64,000 nucleotides of DNA, taken from contig OX597826.1 in assembly GCA_951406725.2 (NCBI GenBank), positions 26,288,001-26,352,000 on the forward strand. The letters run 5' to 3'. Within the stretch, counting starts at the first letter, position 1. Every line of letters starts with the position of its first letter. Under the pieces are notes generated by a model. The model was not told the DNA's origin. It saw only the letters and a list, made by a program, of their open reading frames with translations, and made no database searches. This DNA comes from Octopus vulgaris (taxonomy: Eukaryota). This document shows, in pieces, positions 41,760-53,949 of the stretch. Position numbers and translations under genes: made by a program.

Positions 41760-42337
41760 AATATATATATATATATATGCGGGAAAGAATAAATTCAAGT
41801 AGAACAATTCAAAACTTTTTGGGGAGTCCAAAAAGAAATATTTCTAATAAATATTCATCATATCAAAATGATAGCCTGCTAAAACAACCAATTCAAATAT
41901 GAAAATATCAAGTAATAAGTTTGTTATAGGCATGTATAAGATAAAATCTTATATAAAACACTACTAACAATTATTAAAATGGATAAGAGATGTTAAAAGT
42001 TCAAATTTGAAATTTTCGTAATTCTAGGTGTACGAATTCGACTTTGACTTCGACTCCAGGTATAACTCAATTTATATCACGTGCGGAAGTGGGTTAGATT
42101 CAATAACTTATTAAATATTCTTTTATCGAAATTCTTCCTCGTATCTGATCAGAAATTAGCAATACTGTGAAATATTGTTGAATATTTAAAGTCCAGCATG
42201 AACGGAATACAACATCCGATCTCGATTCGCTTGATTTCTACACCGGTAAAAATTTCGATAAATGCATAACTGTCACATAATCGCATAATCTCATTTCTTC
42301 GACTAAGTGTAAAGCAGGTACTTTTGAAAGGAGGAAC

Positions 42338-42433
<96 letters not shown>

Positions 42434-42459
42434 TAATAATTATTATTATTATTATCATT

Positions 42460-42692
42460 ATTCAGGGACCTTTTGAACGAGATGGGTTACTCGACCAGAA
42501 AAAATTCTAACTGGGCCCCACCTGCAAAGTCATGCGCTGTTTATCTTGATATGAGATCACCATGTCGCGCACATATGGTTGTGATGCATGTGCCTGGTGC
42601 ACCCTTATCAGACGTGTAGTCATGATGGGTATACTAGGTTTCGTATATCTTACCCCAGTGTCACTTTGATAGCATGCACTGCTCTCTCACTC
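42460..42692 (+). mobile_element. Family T element, 3' half
   Basis: ttcagggacctttt...gcactgctctctcactc(aat)n. Confidence 0.85.
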
Positions 42693-42736
<44 letters not shown>

Positions 42737-43745
42737 TAATAATATTAATAATAATAATAAAATTATAATCATAATAATGATCGATTTTCGAAGCATCCTC
42801 GCATCGTACAGCTTTCTAAAGCTTTCGATGAAAGCATGGTTGTCACATAATCTAATTTCGACTTCTTTACCTCAGTATAAAATAAAATGAGTGCTTTTGA
42901 ATGTAAGAAAAATAATAATCAATATTCGAAGCATTGTCGCATCACACGCCATTCATTGTAGCATCACAACCATTGTAGAATCAAACCTTTGTAGAGTCTT
43001 GTCATAGCACTATTATTCCAACGTACCGTTGTATTATCTAGATGTTCCTCACCGAAAACATTTTGTTGCGTTTGTTTGCTTGGTTGTTTGTCTTTTTTTG
43101 TTTTAAATTTTTAGATTTTTATTTATTTATATATTTTTGTATTTTTGATATGTTGTTCAGGTTTTTGAATTGACTTAGTCATTACTGCCATCTCTTACGC
43201 ACTGCAGTAGTCTGGAACCAACGAAACAAAATTTATATCTCACACTTGTATGGTTTTCAACAATGGAATAACCACACATCAATAACCGTCTCACTCACTC
43301 ACTCATTCACTCACCCACCCACACACGCACTCATTCATTCAGTCAGTCACTCACTCACTATTTTATCTCCCTCCCCCTTCTCCCTCGCATCTTTCTCCTC
43401 CAACTCTCTCTACCTCTGTCCCATTTGAGGTCTCTTGTTATATTTCAGGTCATATAAATAGTTTCCTCTTCTAGACTCACCGTGTTTTTACTGTCCACAA
43501 CTTTTCTGTTTTTGTTTTGCATTTTTATTTTTGAATTTTCTTTCTCTTTTGTTTTATTTATTTATTTGAAATTTAATGTTCATTGCTTTTTTTTATATTT
43601 CTCTAGCCACTCTTGTCTCGCAAGAATATTTCTCTTTTTTTCTTTTTGTTAATATTTCTACAACAATGCTTGTCTCGCAACAATTGATCTTATTTCCAAC
43701 TGGGTCTCTTAAAGTAGACCATACTTCATATATATATATATATAT

Positions 43746-43849
43746 TCCCTAAATTTACTGAAACGTTTTGAAACCCTGAGCCAACATATATATATATATA
43801 TATATTTGTTGGCTCAGGGTTTCAAAACGTTTCAGTAAATTTAGGGAAT
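43746..43849. repeat. Perfect ~43-bp-arm palindrome around an (AT)n loop
   Basis: ttccctaaatttactgaaacgttttgaaaccctgagccaaca ... tgttggctcagggtttcaaaacgtttcagtaaatttagggaa. Confidence 0.85.
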
Positions 43850-44836
43850 GATTTCTGTCTAAGTATTTCACGACCAAGTTGGTTCGATTCCAGTATGAAG
43901 AAATGTATGTAGGGCAGTGAGCTGGCAAATTTGTCAGCACACCGGGTAAAACCCTTAGCGGCATTTCGTCCGTCTTTACATACTGTATTCAAATACTTCC
44001 GGTCAAAACTTTGCTTTCATTCTTTCTAGATCGACAAAATAACTACCAGTTGAGCACTGAGGTTGATATAATCGATTTAACCGCTCCTAAAAATTTGAAA
44101 CCAATATAAAGAAATGTATCAGTATTTCCATACATTCTTTTAAACAAGTTGATCTTCACAGAAAACTCATGCACAACTGAGCGACCAAATCAGCGATTCA
44201 ATTTCAATTCAAACTTGTAACTATTTAACCAATCACCTATTCAACCTATATAATGTTCAGCATCATTGCATGAACACCACCAAATCTCATTTAAACAGTT
44301 ATGAAGAATAAGAACACGATCAAGGTAGCACTTTTTGCGATTTTGATTCAGTTTAAAACTGCTAATAATGACATAAACGCCTTGCTTACTGAACACATTT
44401 TGCGCCATATCTTCTTTTGTACTCCCAATCTAATTTTGTTATACATTTACTCCCAATCTAATTTTGTTCTGCATTTAAAAACTTTCAAAGCGTATAATAT
44501 ATTTATATATCAATGGGACAAGAACGCAATAGAGGGCATTAAAACGTTCGGACAGATAGACGACACAAAGGCGGATGAAAGAAACCACAATTAGGAGGGC
44601 AGGCAAAAAAATACGGGTCATTCTTGGCTTTCTTTCATCAGTCAAGTACCAGAAGTCACGACCATTTCAGACAGTTACTCGTGAGATTGTTCGATCTGGT
44701 TGTCTCCCAAAATGTCTAACCTAAGAGCATTATACCCCTTTGTAAGAAAGCTAGCGAATTTTTACGGCAACAGAGATGAAAAAAAAAAAGCAAACAAACA
44801 AAAAAAAGAACATGCTACACAATTACGAATACAGTG

Positions 44837-45212
44837 TAGGCGGAATGGCCCAGTGGTTAGGGCAGCGGACTTGCAGTCGTGGGATCGCGTTTAGATTTCC
44901 AGACCGGGCGTTGTGAGTGTTTATTGAGCGAAAACACCTGAAGCTCCATGAGGCTCTAGCAGGGGGTGGTGGCGAACCCAGCTGCACTCTTTCACCACAA
45001 CTTTCTCTCACTCTTTCTTCTTGTTTCTATTGTACCTGTATTTGAAAGGGCCAGCGTTGTCATACACTGTGTCACGCTGAATCTCCCCGAGAACCACATT
45101 TGGGGCACACGTACTTGTGGAGTGCTCAACCACTTGCACGTTAATTTCACGAGCAGGCTGTTCCGTTGATAGGATCAACTGGAACCCTCGTCGACGCAAC
45201 CGACGGAGTGCC
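44837..45212 (+). mobile_element. tRNA-derived SINE, family C
   Basis: tRNA-like head ggcggaatggcccagtggttagggcagcggacttgcagtc; related fragment at 7790-7975. Confidence 0.7.
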
Positions 45213-45404
45213 GAAACGATATGTGTATATATATATATGTAATATTTTGGACTAATGGATATATGTCGATTAGATTGTTAATGTGTTGAGTAAAGCACTT
45301 GCACGGTTTGGGTTACCTGATGTCACCCGTAGTTAGGGCATATTTCTGCTGGATCTACTCCAAGAATTCCGCAGTATTAGTTGAGATAATAATAATTAAG
45401 TAAC

Positions 45405-45810
45405 CAGAAATTGGATGTGGTGCTAGTCTTTATTTTGTACGGTGATTGTTTTGACCCATCCTGCTGCTGTCCCTTATGCGTAGGACTCCGTGCATTCGTG
45501 TTTTATTGCATCTATTTTCGGTTTTGGTTACATCAGGTACATTCATACATAAAGTGGTGACTCAATAAAAATCTTGATTTTGGGCGGTCATTTTATTTGC
45601 TTGACAAGAAAATAAAAACATGACCACTCGAACTCAAGATCTTTAGCGAGACACGACTTTTGTAAGGATGTACCTGATGTGACCCAGACTGCAAAACGGA
45701 TACAACACAATATGATGCACAGAATCTCACCCATAAGAATCTGTAGTAGGATGGATCGAAATGAACGTACTACAAAATAAAGACTAATACCAAGTCCATT
45801 TTTTGGCTAA
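45405..45810. repeat. Diverged ~200-bp-arm palindrome immediately upstream of the PLE RT
   Basis: tagtctttattttgta / tacaaaataaagacta, ggttacatcaggtacatt / gatgtacctgatgtgacc, ggtcat / atgacc; centre cttgacaag at ~45603. Confidence 0.7.
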
Positions 45811-45853
45811 TATATATATATGAACAAAATAAGAATAAACAAAAACAAATTAC

Positions 45854-47040
45854 ATGACAGGATGTATGGTGGGTAGCATGGATGTGGTATCCCTATACCC
45901 ATCGATTGACGTAGATTTTGCGGTGGAGAAGTGCATGGAGATGATCAATGAGAGCCAGGTGGAGTTCCGTAATGTCAACACAGGGGAACTGGGCCTCCTA
46001 CTTAGACTGACATGTAACAATGAATACCTAGATAAACATAATCGTAGTAGTTTCTGCCTCAGTAGATGTTTAAGAGGTAGAGCGCCCACAATTACTTTTA
46101 TGGCTAGGAAGACATATATAGAAAGATCGCGCGGATGGACCAGAGACATACGGAGCCCGCAAATGTCCATCAGGTAAAGAAAATGATCGCACATGCACTA
46201 GGAGCTAGTATAAGAGTTACCCTAAAAGGCCACACGTTTAAGTTTAACAATAAAATATATGCTCAGGACGAGGGGGCAGCCATCGGCGTTAGTATTGCTG
46301 GTGATGTAGCCAACCTTTTCATGGTATGGTGGGACAGAAGGCTTAAAGAACGCCTAACACAGAACTCCATACTCGTAAACATGTACTCTCGCTATGTTGA
46401 TGATATCAACATAGTGGTAAAGGCACCCCCACAAGAGAGTACTGTTGATATAGTAATAGAAACTAATACTATAGAGAGCATCCAGCATATAGCTAACTGC
46501 ATCCACCAGAGTATTAAGGTCATAATAGACTACCCCACTAAACACCCCAACCATAGACTACCAGTACTAGACACTGAACTCTGGCTAGAAATTGTGAATA
46601 ATAAAACCCAAATTCTTTATTCATACTATGCCAAACCTATGGCCTCAAAATACTTGATCCACCGGAACTCAGCTATTGCGGACGATGAAAAATTCAATAT
46701 TTTGATGGCAGACCTCGTCAGAATAATGAGAAATGTGTCACGCATGTGTGAGCCTACAGAGTTAAAGAGACACATACAATATTTCATTCACCGCATGCAG
46801 TTCTCAGGTTACAGCCATAAAGAAAGGATCAGAGTATACAAAGGAGCCATGAAAAAATTTGATGATATATTATGTAATGATAGGAATGGGATTTGCCCAC
46901 TCTATAGGAACAAGTCATTGAACACTATAGAAAGGACAAAAAAGAAAATAGGGAAGGCCAACTCTTGGTATGATAGCCATAAATACCAGAGTGTCATGTT
47001 CGTTGACACCACCCCTGCATGTGGCCTATGTAAGCTCATT
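45854..47040 (+). pseudogene. Penelope-like element reverse transcriptase (probably Naiad-type), frameshifted and truncated
   Basis: SMDVVSLYPSI, IYAQDEGAAIGVSIAGDVANLFMVWWD, SRYVDDINI, LPVLD, YYAKPMAS, MQFSGYS and SVMFVDTTP. Confidence 0.88.
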
Positions 47041-47469
47041 CAGCGCACGAGGAACGGAGAGGTGGTATGCCTTCCCACAGATAAGTCCGGCAGGATGTCA
47101 ATAGACAGCTTACCGAACTACATCCAGGCAATGCAACCTCATATCGCCATACAGTCCATAAAGTGCCGGGAAGCAAGCTTCTTGCCACATAGCCACTACA
47201 AAAACTATCAAACCGATTCATACCATATTACCAGTGACACCCACCTAAAATCTGTCTAAGTTTGGTCCTAGTGAACTGTGCTTCCATATGGTCATTAGTA
47301 TGTCTTGGGATGTAGACTCTTTTGTTGAAGGGTAATGTTGTTGGATAAATCCGGCTTATGCAGTAAGATTTGTCACATACGTTGAAGAATTGAGTGTCAA
47401 AGGGGTGGGTATACATGTTAATGGCCTTTCTAGGGTTATCTTCATTATCGTTACTACTATTTCTGTCGT

Positions 47470-47705
47470 TACTGTAATTTGTCTGATTGTTGCATCTGTT
47501 CTATGTGTGGACAATATTTTAATTTCTATGTTGTTGATTGATCCTCCGTGTTCCTGTTCGGCGTGTTGGTACAGAATCGATGAGCTTTTACCTTCCTTGA
47601 GTTGTCTCCAATATATTCATTTACCCGCTCTCCTATGCTTCTTGCCGTTTCCTCTACGTATGTCGTTGTCTTGTTACTGCATCGTCCCTCTATACATCTT
47701 ATACT
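47470..47705 (-). pseudogene. PLE GIY-YIG endonuclease fragment, inverted relative to the RT
   Basis: IRCIEGRCS..TYVEETARSIGERVNE, then after a frameshift SSILYQHAEQEHGG..IKILSTHRTDATIRQIT. Confidence 0.75.
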
Positions 47706-47799
47706 ACAAAGATGTTTAAGAGGTAGACCGCCCACAATTACTTCTATGGCTAGGAAGACACATATAGAAAGATGGCGTGGATGGACCAGTTTTTAAAAT

Positions 47800-48250
47800 T
47801 ATATATATATAATTGCGGTTAGTGTTTTTCGCGTTGTTGTTGTTGTTGTTGTTCGTATTGTTGTTGTTGTCGCAAGTGTTGTCATTGTATCTATTTAAAT
47901 TCCAACGTATTTTTGTGAACGACTTTTCAATCTCGGAGAGGCATTTGATGGTATTCACCTTACTATACATTGCATACTTTGGTGGTAGTTGAAGTATCGA
48001 TATTTCGTCTGGGTCCGATGTTACTCCCCCATAGATGTTCGCTTCATTGTCTTTATTGAACTCTTCTGGTAGTAGGACATCTTCCATAATAATTCCATTT
48101 ATTGTATCTGGATACTTCTGCTTTTCTTCCTTTGCGAGCTCATATTGATGTTTCTATTTCAACCACGATAACTTCCTCTTAAAATGGATATTGCACTGGT
48201 GTATTAATTGTCTGTTTTCTTCATATATTATATCCATTAGTATGGTTTTC
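47800..48250 (-). pseudogene. PLE N-terminal region fragment
   Basis: IYGGVTSDPDEISILQLPPKYAMYSKV...EIEKSFTKIRWN resembles the L.LGPKF motif upstream of the PLE RT. Confidence 0.6.
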
Positions 48251-48593
48251 TCCTTTCGTTTCACCTTTGTTTCACTTTATTTTTAAAAAGATTTTCAAAA
48301 GTAAAATGTAAGGCTTTGTGTAGCCTTTGTGGTGTTAAAACAATGATTAATGTAGATGTATAAAAATACAGTGATAGAGTCTTTGACAGTGATAAGAAAA
48401 TGTTTAGAAGGGCATTTGTTTAAACAGCTTACATAAAAGCGCTCAAAGTAGGTAGTAAAATAGATTCATAATTGTTTATAAGTTCATAAAGAATCATGAT
48501 TGTATATAAGCATATATACAGAAAGAATTTGTAGATAGTATTTGATAGAAGAAGCGTGTATTGCTTTGTCAAAACTTCAACATATATGTATAT

Positions 48594-48659
<66 letters not shown>

Positions 48660-48867
48660 GTGAAATAGAAAGATGAATAATCTTGTAGTAGATTAATCAA
48701 AAGTTTAACCGATACCTTAGTAGCAAAAATCACAGCAGTAAACAGCACGGTTGGAGGTACAACCATATGGTGTTGCAACCGTGCGTTGGTGCGGATAATT
48801 GAAATTAAAACATTATTGGTGAATTGAAGAAATGGAGCTGAACGCAGATTGAACAGAAATCGTTTTA

Positions 48868-48956
48868 TTTCATTCTACACGTGTTTCGAAAGGCACAAAT
48901 TACCAAAATCCGATTGAATAATGGGACCATATTGTGTCTTTCTCTTCAGGAAGAAA
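48868..48956 (-). ncRNA. Type I hammerhead ribozyme with canonical core
   Basis: Minus strand: tttc ttc|CTGAAGA|gaaagacacaa...ttgtgcctttc|GAAA|cacgtg|TA|gaa t gaaa; long stem II, palindromic stem III acacgtgt. Confidence 0.72.
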
Positions 48957-49000
48957 ATAGGAAATCCGTTGGAAAAACAAAAACAGAACAGAGGCGGAGC

Positions 49001-49078
49001 AAAAACAAATCGAACTATGCTCCTAAGAGCCCAAGGCGAAACTCCATGGGCTCTTAGGAGCATAGTTCGATTTGTTTT
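49001..49078. repeat. Short fold-back at the 5' end of the HHR-bearing element at 48658-49078
   Basis: aaaacaaatcgaactatgctcctaagagccca ... tgggctcttaggagcatagttcgatttgtttt. Confidence 0.85.
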
Positions 49079-49849
49079 TACTAGTTTCAGTCACTTGACT
49101 GCGGCCATGCTGGAGCACCGACTTTAGTCGAACAAATATGACCCCAGGACTTATTCTTTGTAAGGCTAGTACTTATTCTATTGGTCGCATTTGCCGAACT
49201 GCTAAGTTAAGCGGACATAAACACACCAACAGCGGTTGTCAAGTGATGGTTTGGGGACAAACACAGACACATAGATACACACACACACACACACATACGA
49301 CAGTTTGTTTTGAAGTTACACCTTCCAAACCGACTGAAAGCTTTGGTCGGCTCGAGGCTACAGTGTAGAAGACACTTGCCCAAAGTGCCGGGAAGCAAGC
49401 TTCTTGCCACATAGCCACTACATAAACTATCAAACCCATTCATATCATATTACCAGTGACACCCACGATACTGAACGAATATTATACGCATTCTGTACTG
49501 CAATGGTCACCAGAGATATTTGTTAAAAAGTGTTGAATTGTTTATTGTACCGCCATTTTTTATTCACTGATAATTTTTTTCCCACAGACTATGTTTCAAA
49601 TTATATTCTATAAGCCTTAAAGGATTCCTTTTCTTAAAAGTTATTTTATGGGGAGCAGCACTCCAGTAATGAGGATGACTGCGATTTGCACTCTTACCAG
49701 ATTTAACCGCAGGTTCTACTGATATAAATTGAAAATCGTCTAAGAAATACAGAGAGACGCCGTGTACTATGCAATTCTTAAAGTTCTAATAATGTAGTTT
49801 AAACCACAGTGATTTAAGGCTCCATAAAAGAGAAAAGAAAGCGTCAACA

Positions 49850-49874
49850 ATGGCAGCCAATGGTGACTCTCATG
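49850..49874 (+). CDS. Candidate initial coding exon (MAANGDSH-, phase 1)
   Basis: Good Kozak context caacaATGG, consensus donor G|GTAAGT, and an upstream acceptor ttttttcccacAG at ~49588, all in non-repetitive DNA. Confidence 0.4.
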
Positions 49875-50617
49875 GTAAGTAAGGTGTTGCTTATATGGGC
49901 ACTACTTTTGAAATTCACTAAAATATGACATTTTTAAAATATGGCGACAGTAGCGAGATAAAGGGAAATAATCTAACGCTAGCAAGCAATAAATGATTAG
50001 AGTACATTTGATGTAGGCCATTTTTATGTGTCTTAAATTGGAAACGCTTGAATGTTACAGGCCCAGATATTATATGTGGCAGTTAGAATATAGGTGTTTC
50101 TGTCAAAAAAAAAAAAAAAATATATATATATATAAACGTAAAAAACAAAACAAGCATCTATCTTAAATTATAAAGATCTCTGCTCGGAGTCAGTAATTAG
50201 TGAATATGTTTCAGTTCCCAGGTGAGACTGATTCAGTTTACATAAATCGATATGAAACTGAGGGAAAAAATTGAATGTCTGAGCATTTCCATTTCATGTT
50301 ATCGATAAATATAAGATCGTTCTGTTTAGATACGTGGACCATACATATGTGTGTGTGTGTGTGTGTGTGCGTGTGCGTGTGTGTGAATTCGTATATGTAT
50401 ATATACATATATATTTATGTACATATGTGTATATATAGACCACACACATATATGCATGTGTGTGTATATATTTAAATACACATATATATGTTTTATATAT
50501 ATATGTATATATACATATGTATATATAAATATATAAATATATATATATGTATATAAAATGGCGGTGCCCCAGCATGGCCACAGCTCGTGAGCTGAAACTA
50601 GAATCAATCATATATAT

Positions 50618-51872
50618 ATCATGTTATTTAGAATGAAATGTCCGATTTTCCTATGCACCAAGTTTGACAGAGGTTAACTCTAATGTTTTATCCTGACAAT
50701 TCTTTGTTTTAGAACGTTGAAGAGTTATATCATCGCTCTTCAAAATGCAATTCATGGTGTCTGGTTATCTTGTGAGTTTCCTCTTGTAAATCAATTTTTG
50801 TGAACTCGCGGATAGATCAAAAGTTCCTGTTGTTTATTAATATCAGTTCCATAGTGGGACCAATGCATCCTAAGCAGTTTGAAACATCAACGAGGTGTTT
50901 GGTGAAGATGTGGCGAATGAGCGCTCTGTACGTCGATGGTTTGGGAAGCTCAAGTCTGGTGACTTTACTTTTGAAAATCAGTCCTGTGGTAGACCTGAGA
51001 TCAATGTGCATAATGATGAACGGGAAACCGTAGTGGAAACGGACACATATCAATCTATGCGTGAGATAGCAGCAAAGTTTGGTGTTTCGATTCCATCTGC
51101 ATTGGACCATCTGAAACAAATTGGTAAGGTAAAGAAGCTGGACAAGAGGGTACCACACGAACTGAACGAGCATCAAATGAAACGTCGTCGTCTTGAAACA
51201 TGTTGTTCATTGCTTTTACGGCATAAAAGCGAGCCATTTTTGCATCGTATTGTTACGTGTGATAAAAAATGGATTCTTTTCAACAATAGTAACCGTTCTG
51301 CACGGTGGTTGGATAGAAACGAAGTGCCAAAACAAAATCCTAAAAATAATATTCACCAAAGAAGCTAATGGTGTCTGTTCGGTGGTCCAGCACCAGTGTC
51401 ATCCACTACAGCTTCATGAGACCAGGTATGCCAATTACAGCGGTTGTATATATCAACCAACTGGATAAGATGATGAGTGAACTTGCAATTAAACAATCAA
51501 GATTGGTCAACAGAGACAGGCCAATTCTATTGCAAGACAATTCTTGAGCACTAGTCGCACAAACAACGCTACTCAAATTACAGGAACTGAAATTGGAAGT
51601 ACTCTATAATCCACCATATCCACCAGATCTTGTACCAACTAACTATCACGTTTTTCAGATACTTTTGCAAGGACAAGTTGCAAAAACAGTCTTTCGAGAT
51701 TTCATCACTTCTTGATCTCCTGAATTTTTCGCTACCGGTATAAACAAGCTACCAATAAAATGGCAAAATTGTGATGATAATTTAGAAGCATACTTTGATT
51801 AACTGCATTGCTTTTTCTTGATAACATAAACTTTCAGTTAAATATCAGACGTTTCATTCTCAAGGATCTGAT
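50618..51872 (+). mobile_element. Near full-length mariner with degraded transposase
   Basis: FGEDVANERSVRRWF..GRP, RVPHEL, IVTCDKKW, LQDN, PPYPPDLVPTNYH and KWQNC motifs; imperfect TIRs tcatgttatttagaatgaaatgtccgattt / atatcagacgtttcattctcaaggatctga. Confidence 0.85.
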
Positions 51873-51959
51873 ATATATATATATAGATAGATACATACAT
51901 ACAAACACACACACACACGCACACGCACACACACATATACACATACATACACACATATA

Positions 51960-52021
<62 letters not shown>

Positions 52022-52106
52022 AAATTTACAGAAAAACAAAAGTCGAAGACAAGTGTATGAACAACAAAGAGGTGTATTGGTTTAACACTCGGGAAAATGA
52101 GAAAGT

Positions 52107-52142
52107 CTTTTACGTTTTGCGCTAACACTCTTCAACAGAAAG
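52107..52142 (-). ncRNA. Degenerate copy of the U6 hammerhead-like motif
   Basis: Minus strand: cttt|CTGTTGA|a|gagt gtta gcgc|AAAA|cg|TA|aaag. Confidence 0.35.
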
Positions 52143-52206
52143 GAATAAGCGAAAATAAGCAGAGAGAGAATAAAAAAAAATGTGGATTTACCGATCAGAC
52201 ATGGCG

Positions 52207-52255
<49 letters not shown>

Positions 52256-53949
52256 TATAAACGTTGGCATATATTTGTTATACAAAATTAAGGATAAACC
52301 CACTTTAATGATTTTATCAAGTGACCAACGTGAAATGAAAACCCATACAGGTTAACAATTTATACTAATTTATAATTATATAATATAATTATATTAAAGG
52401 GTGCGGATAAACCCCACCAACACGCTAAAAATAGACGTCAAATGCCTTTAAAAACCACATCAACACCCTCTTAGCACCGGTTATAAGCGGACAGATGGAA
52501 AATGAATGGTTACTTTTTTAAAATTAGTTCGCACAACCATATAAATACACTTGCATGTATACACTATTTAAATCTAATTTCCCCCTCTCAACCACGTGGT
52601 TTTACTATCAATATATAATTATGTAATACGCACATACAGACGCATATTTATATTAGATCCTTTTCAACTGATTATCGACTGAATCATACATTCAACGCTG
52701 GAAGAAGAGACATACTCTTCATAAAACGTAAAGAATGAGTCTACATGTTCACTAGACTTGATAAAAGTAGTAACTACATCTCCCCATACTAAAAAGATAT
52801 CAGAAGTGATCAAAGATCTTACTCGAGCCATAATCTCATATGACCAATTTCCAGGATTCTGTGGCGTATATATTCCCATTCTAGATGGAAATCCGTTCCG
52901 TTACAGGATTATTCATTCTTGCCAGCTGAATGCAGTGAAGCTAGATAAAATGATGTATTTTGCTCAAGAACACAATTCGTCACACAGTCTATGAATTGAA
53001 ACCACAATATTACTATCCACTAGACCAATAACCACTATGCCAGACGTCTCCACACTAAATAGAGTAGAGGCCAAATGAAATAATATAATCCAAAGTATAT
53101 TATTCCTTGTAGCTCCTTCCGAAAATAACAAAAAATATCCCCAAACCAAAGAAAAACTGACTGGCACTTAACGCAGGAATGCTTTTCATGATAGGTATTC
53201 CAATCTAGGCCGCCATGTTTGCTAAACCACAACAGAAACATCAGCATCCATTTATACTTACTCTTTATACAGTCTTTCCATAATGTATCGCATATTTTCC
53301 ATACAACATTGGCTTAACTGGAAAACCTTACAATTTAAAGCTCAAATACTGCTTCAATCTTGCCATGAAAAGCTGACAAACGGATCAAAAGACCACATGT
53401 GTCTGGTTGAAGGCAGAATAAAGAGAAAATATAGGTGTTGAGAGACAGACAGAGATAGAAAGAAAGAAGAAAATGTGGTAACAATCAAAGATGGATGGAC
53501 AAGAAGGAATATGTTATAGAAATATCAAATTGTTTGCATATATGTGTGTTTGAGTATGTGTGTGTGAGACACAAAGCATATACACACAAACAAATGTACA
53601 CACACACAAACACATGCCCTAACACACACAAAAACATACTCAGGCACGCACACACCCAGACACATATACACACAAAAATTCGCAGAATTTTCTGTTCTGG
53701 ATCAATTATAAGAATATGGTATGTCCCCCGTAACTTAGCAGTTCGGCAAAAGCGATAGATACGATAAGCACATGAGTCAAAACATAAGTACTAGATTCCG
53801 ATTCGTTAGACTAAAGTTCTTGAAGAAGATGCCCCAGCATTGCCGCGGTCTAAATGACTGAAATAAATAAAAGATAAAGGAATATATATATATATTTATA
53901 TATATATTCCTTAAAGGAATATATATATATATATTTATATATATATATA

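Noticed and set aside
44595-44700. CTGATGA and GAAA on the minus strand
   Set aside because: Could not build consistent stems I-III.
44837-44910. tRNA gene
   Set aside because: The T arm and acceptor stem are degenerate and the sequence continues into a SINE body.
46135-47259. 374-aa ORF as an intact novel RT fusion protein
   Set aside because: It lacks the upstream RT motif because of a frameshift, and its C-terminus is read-through across rearrangement junctions.
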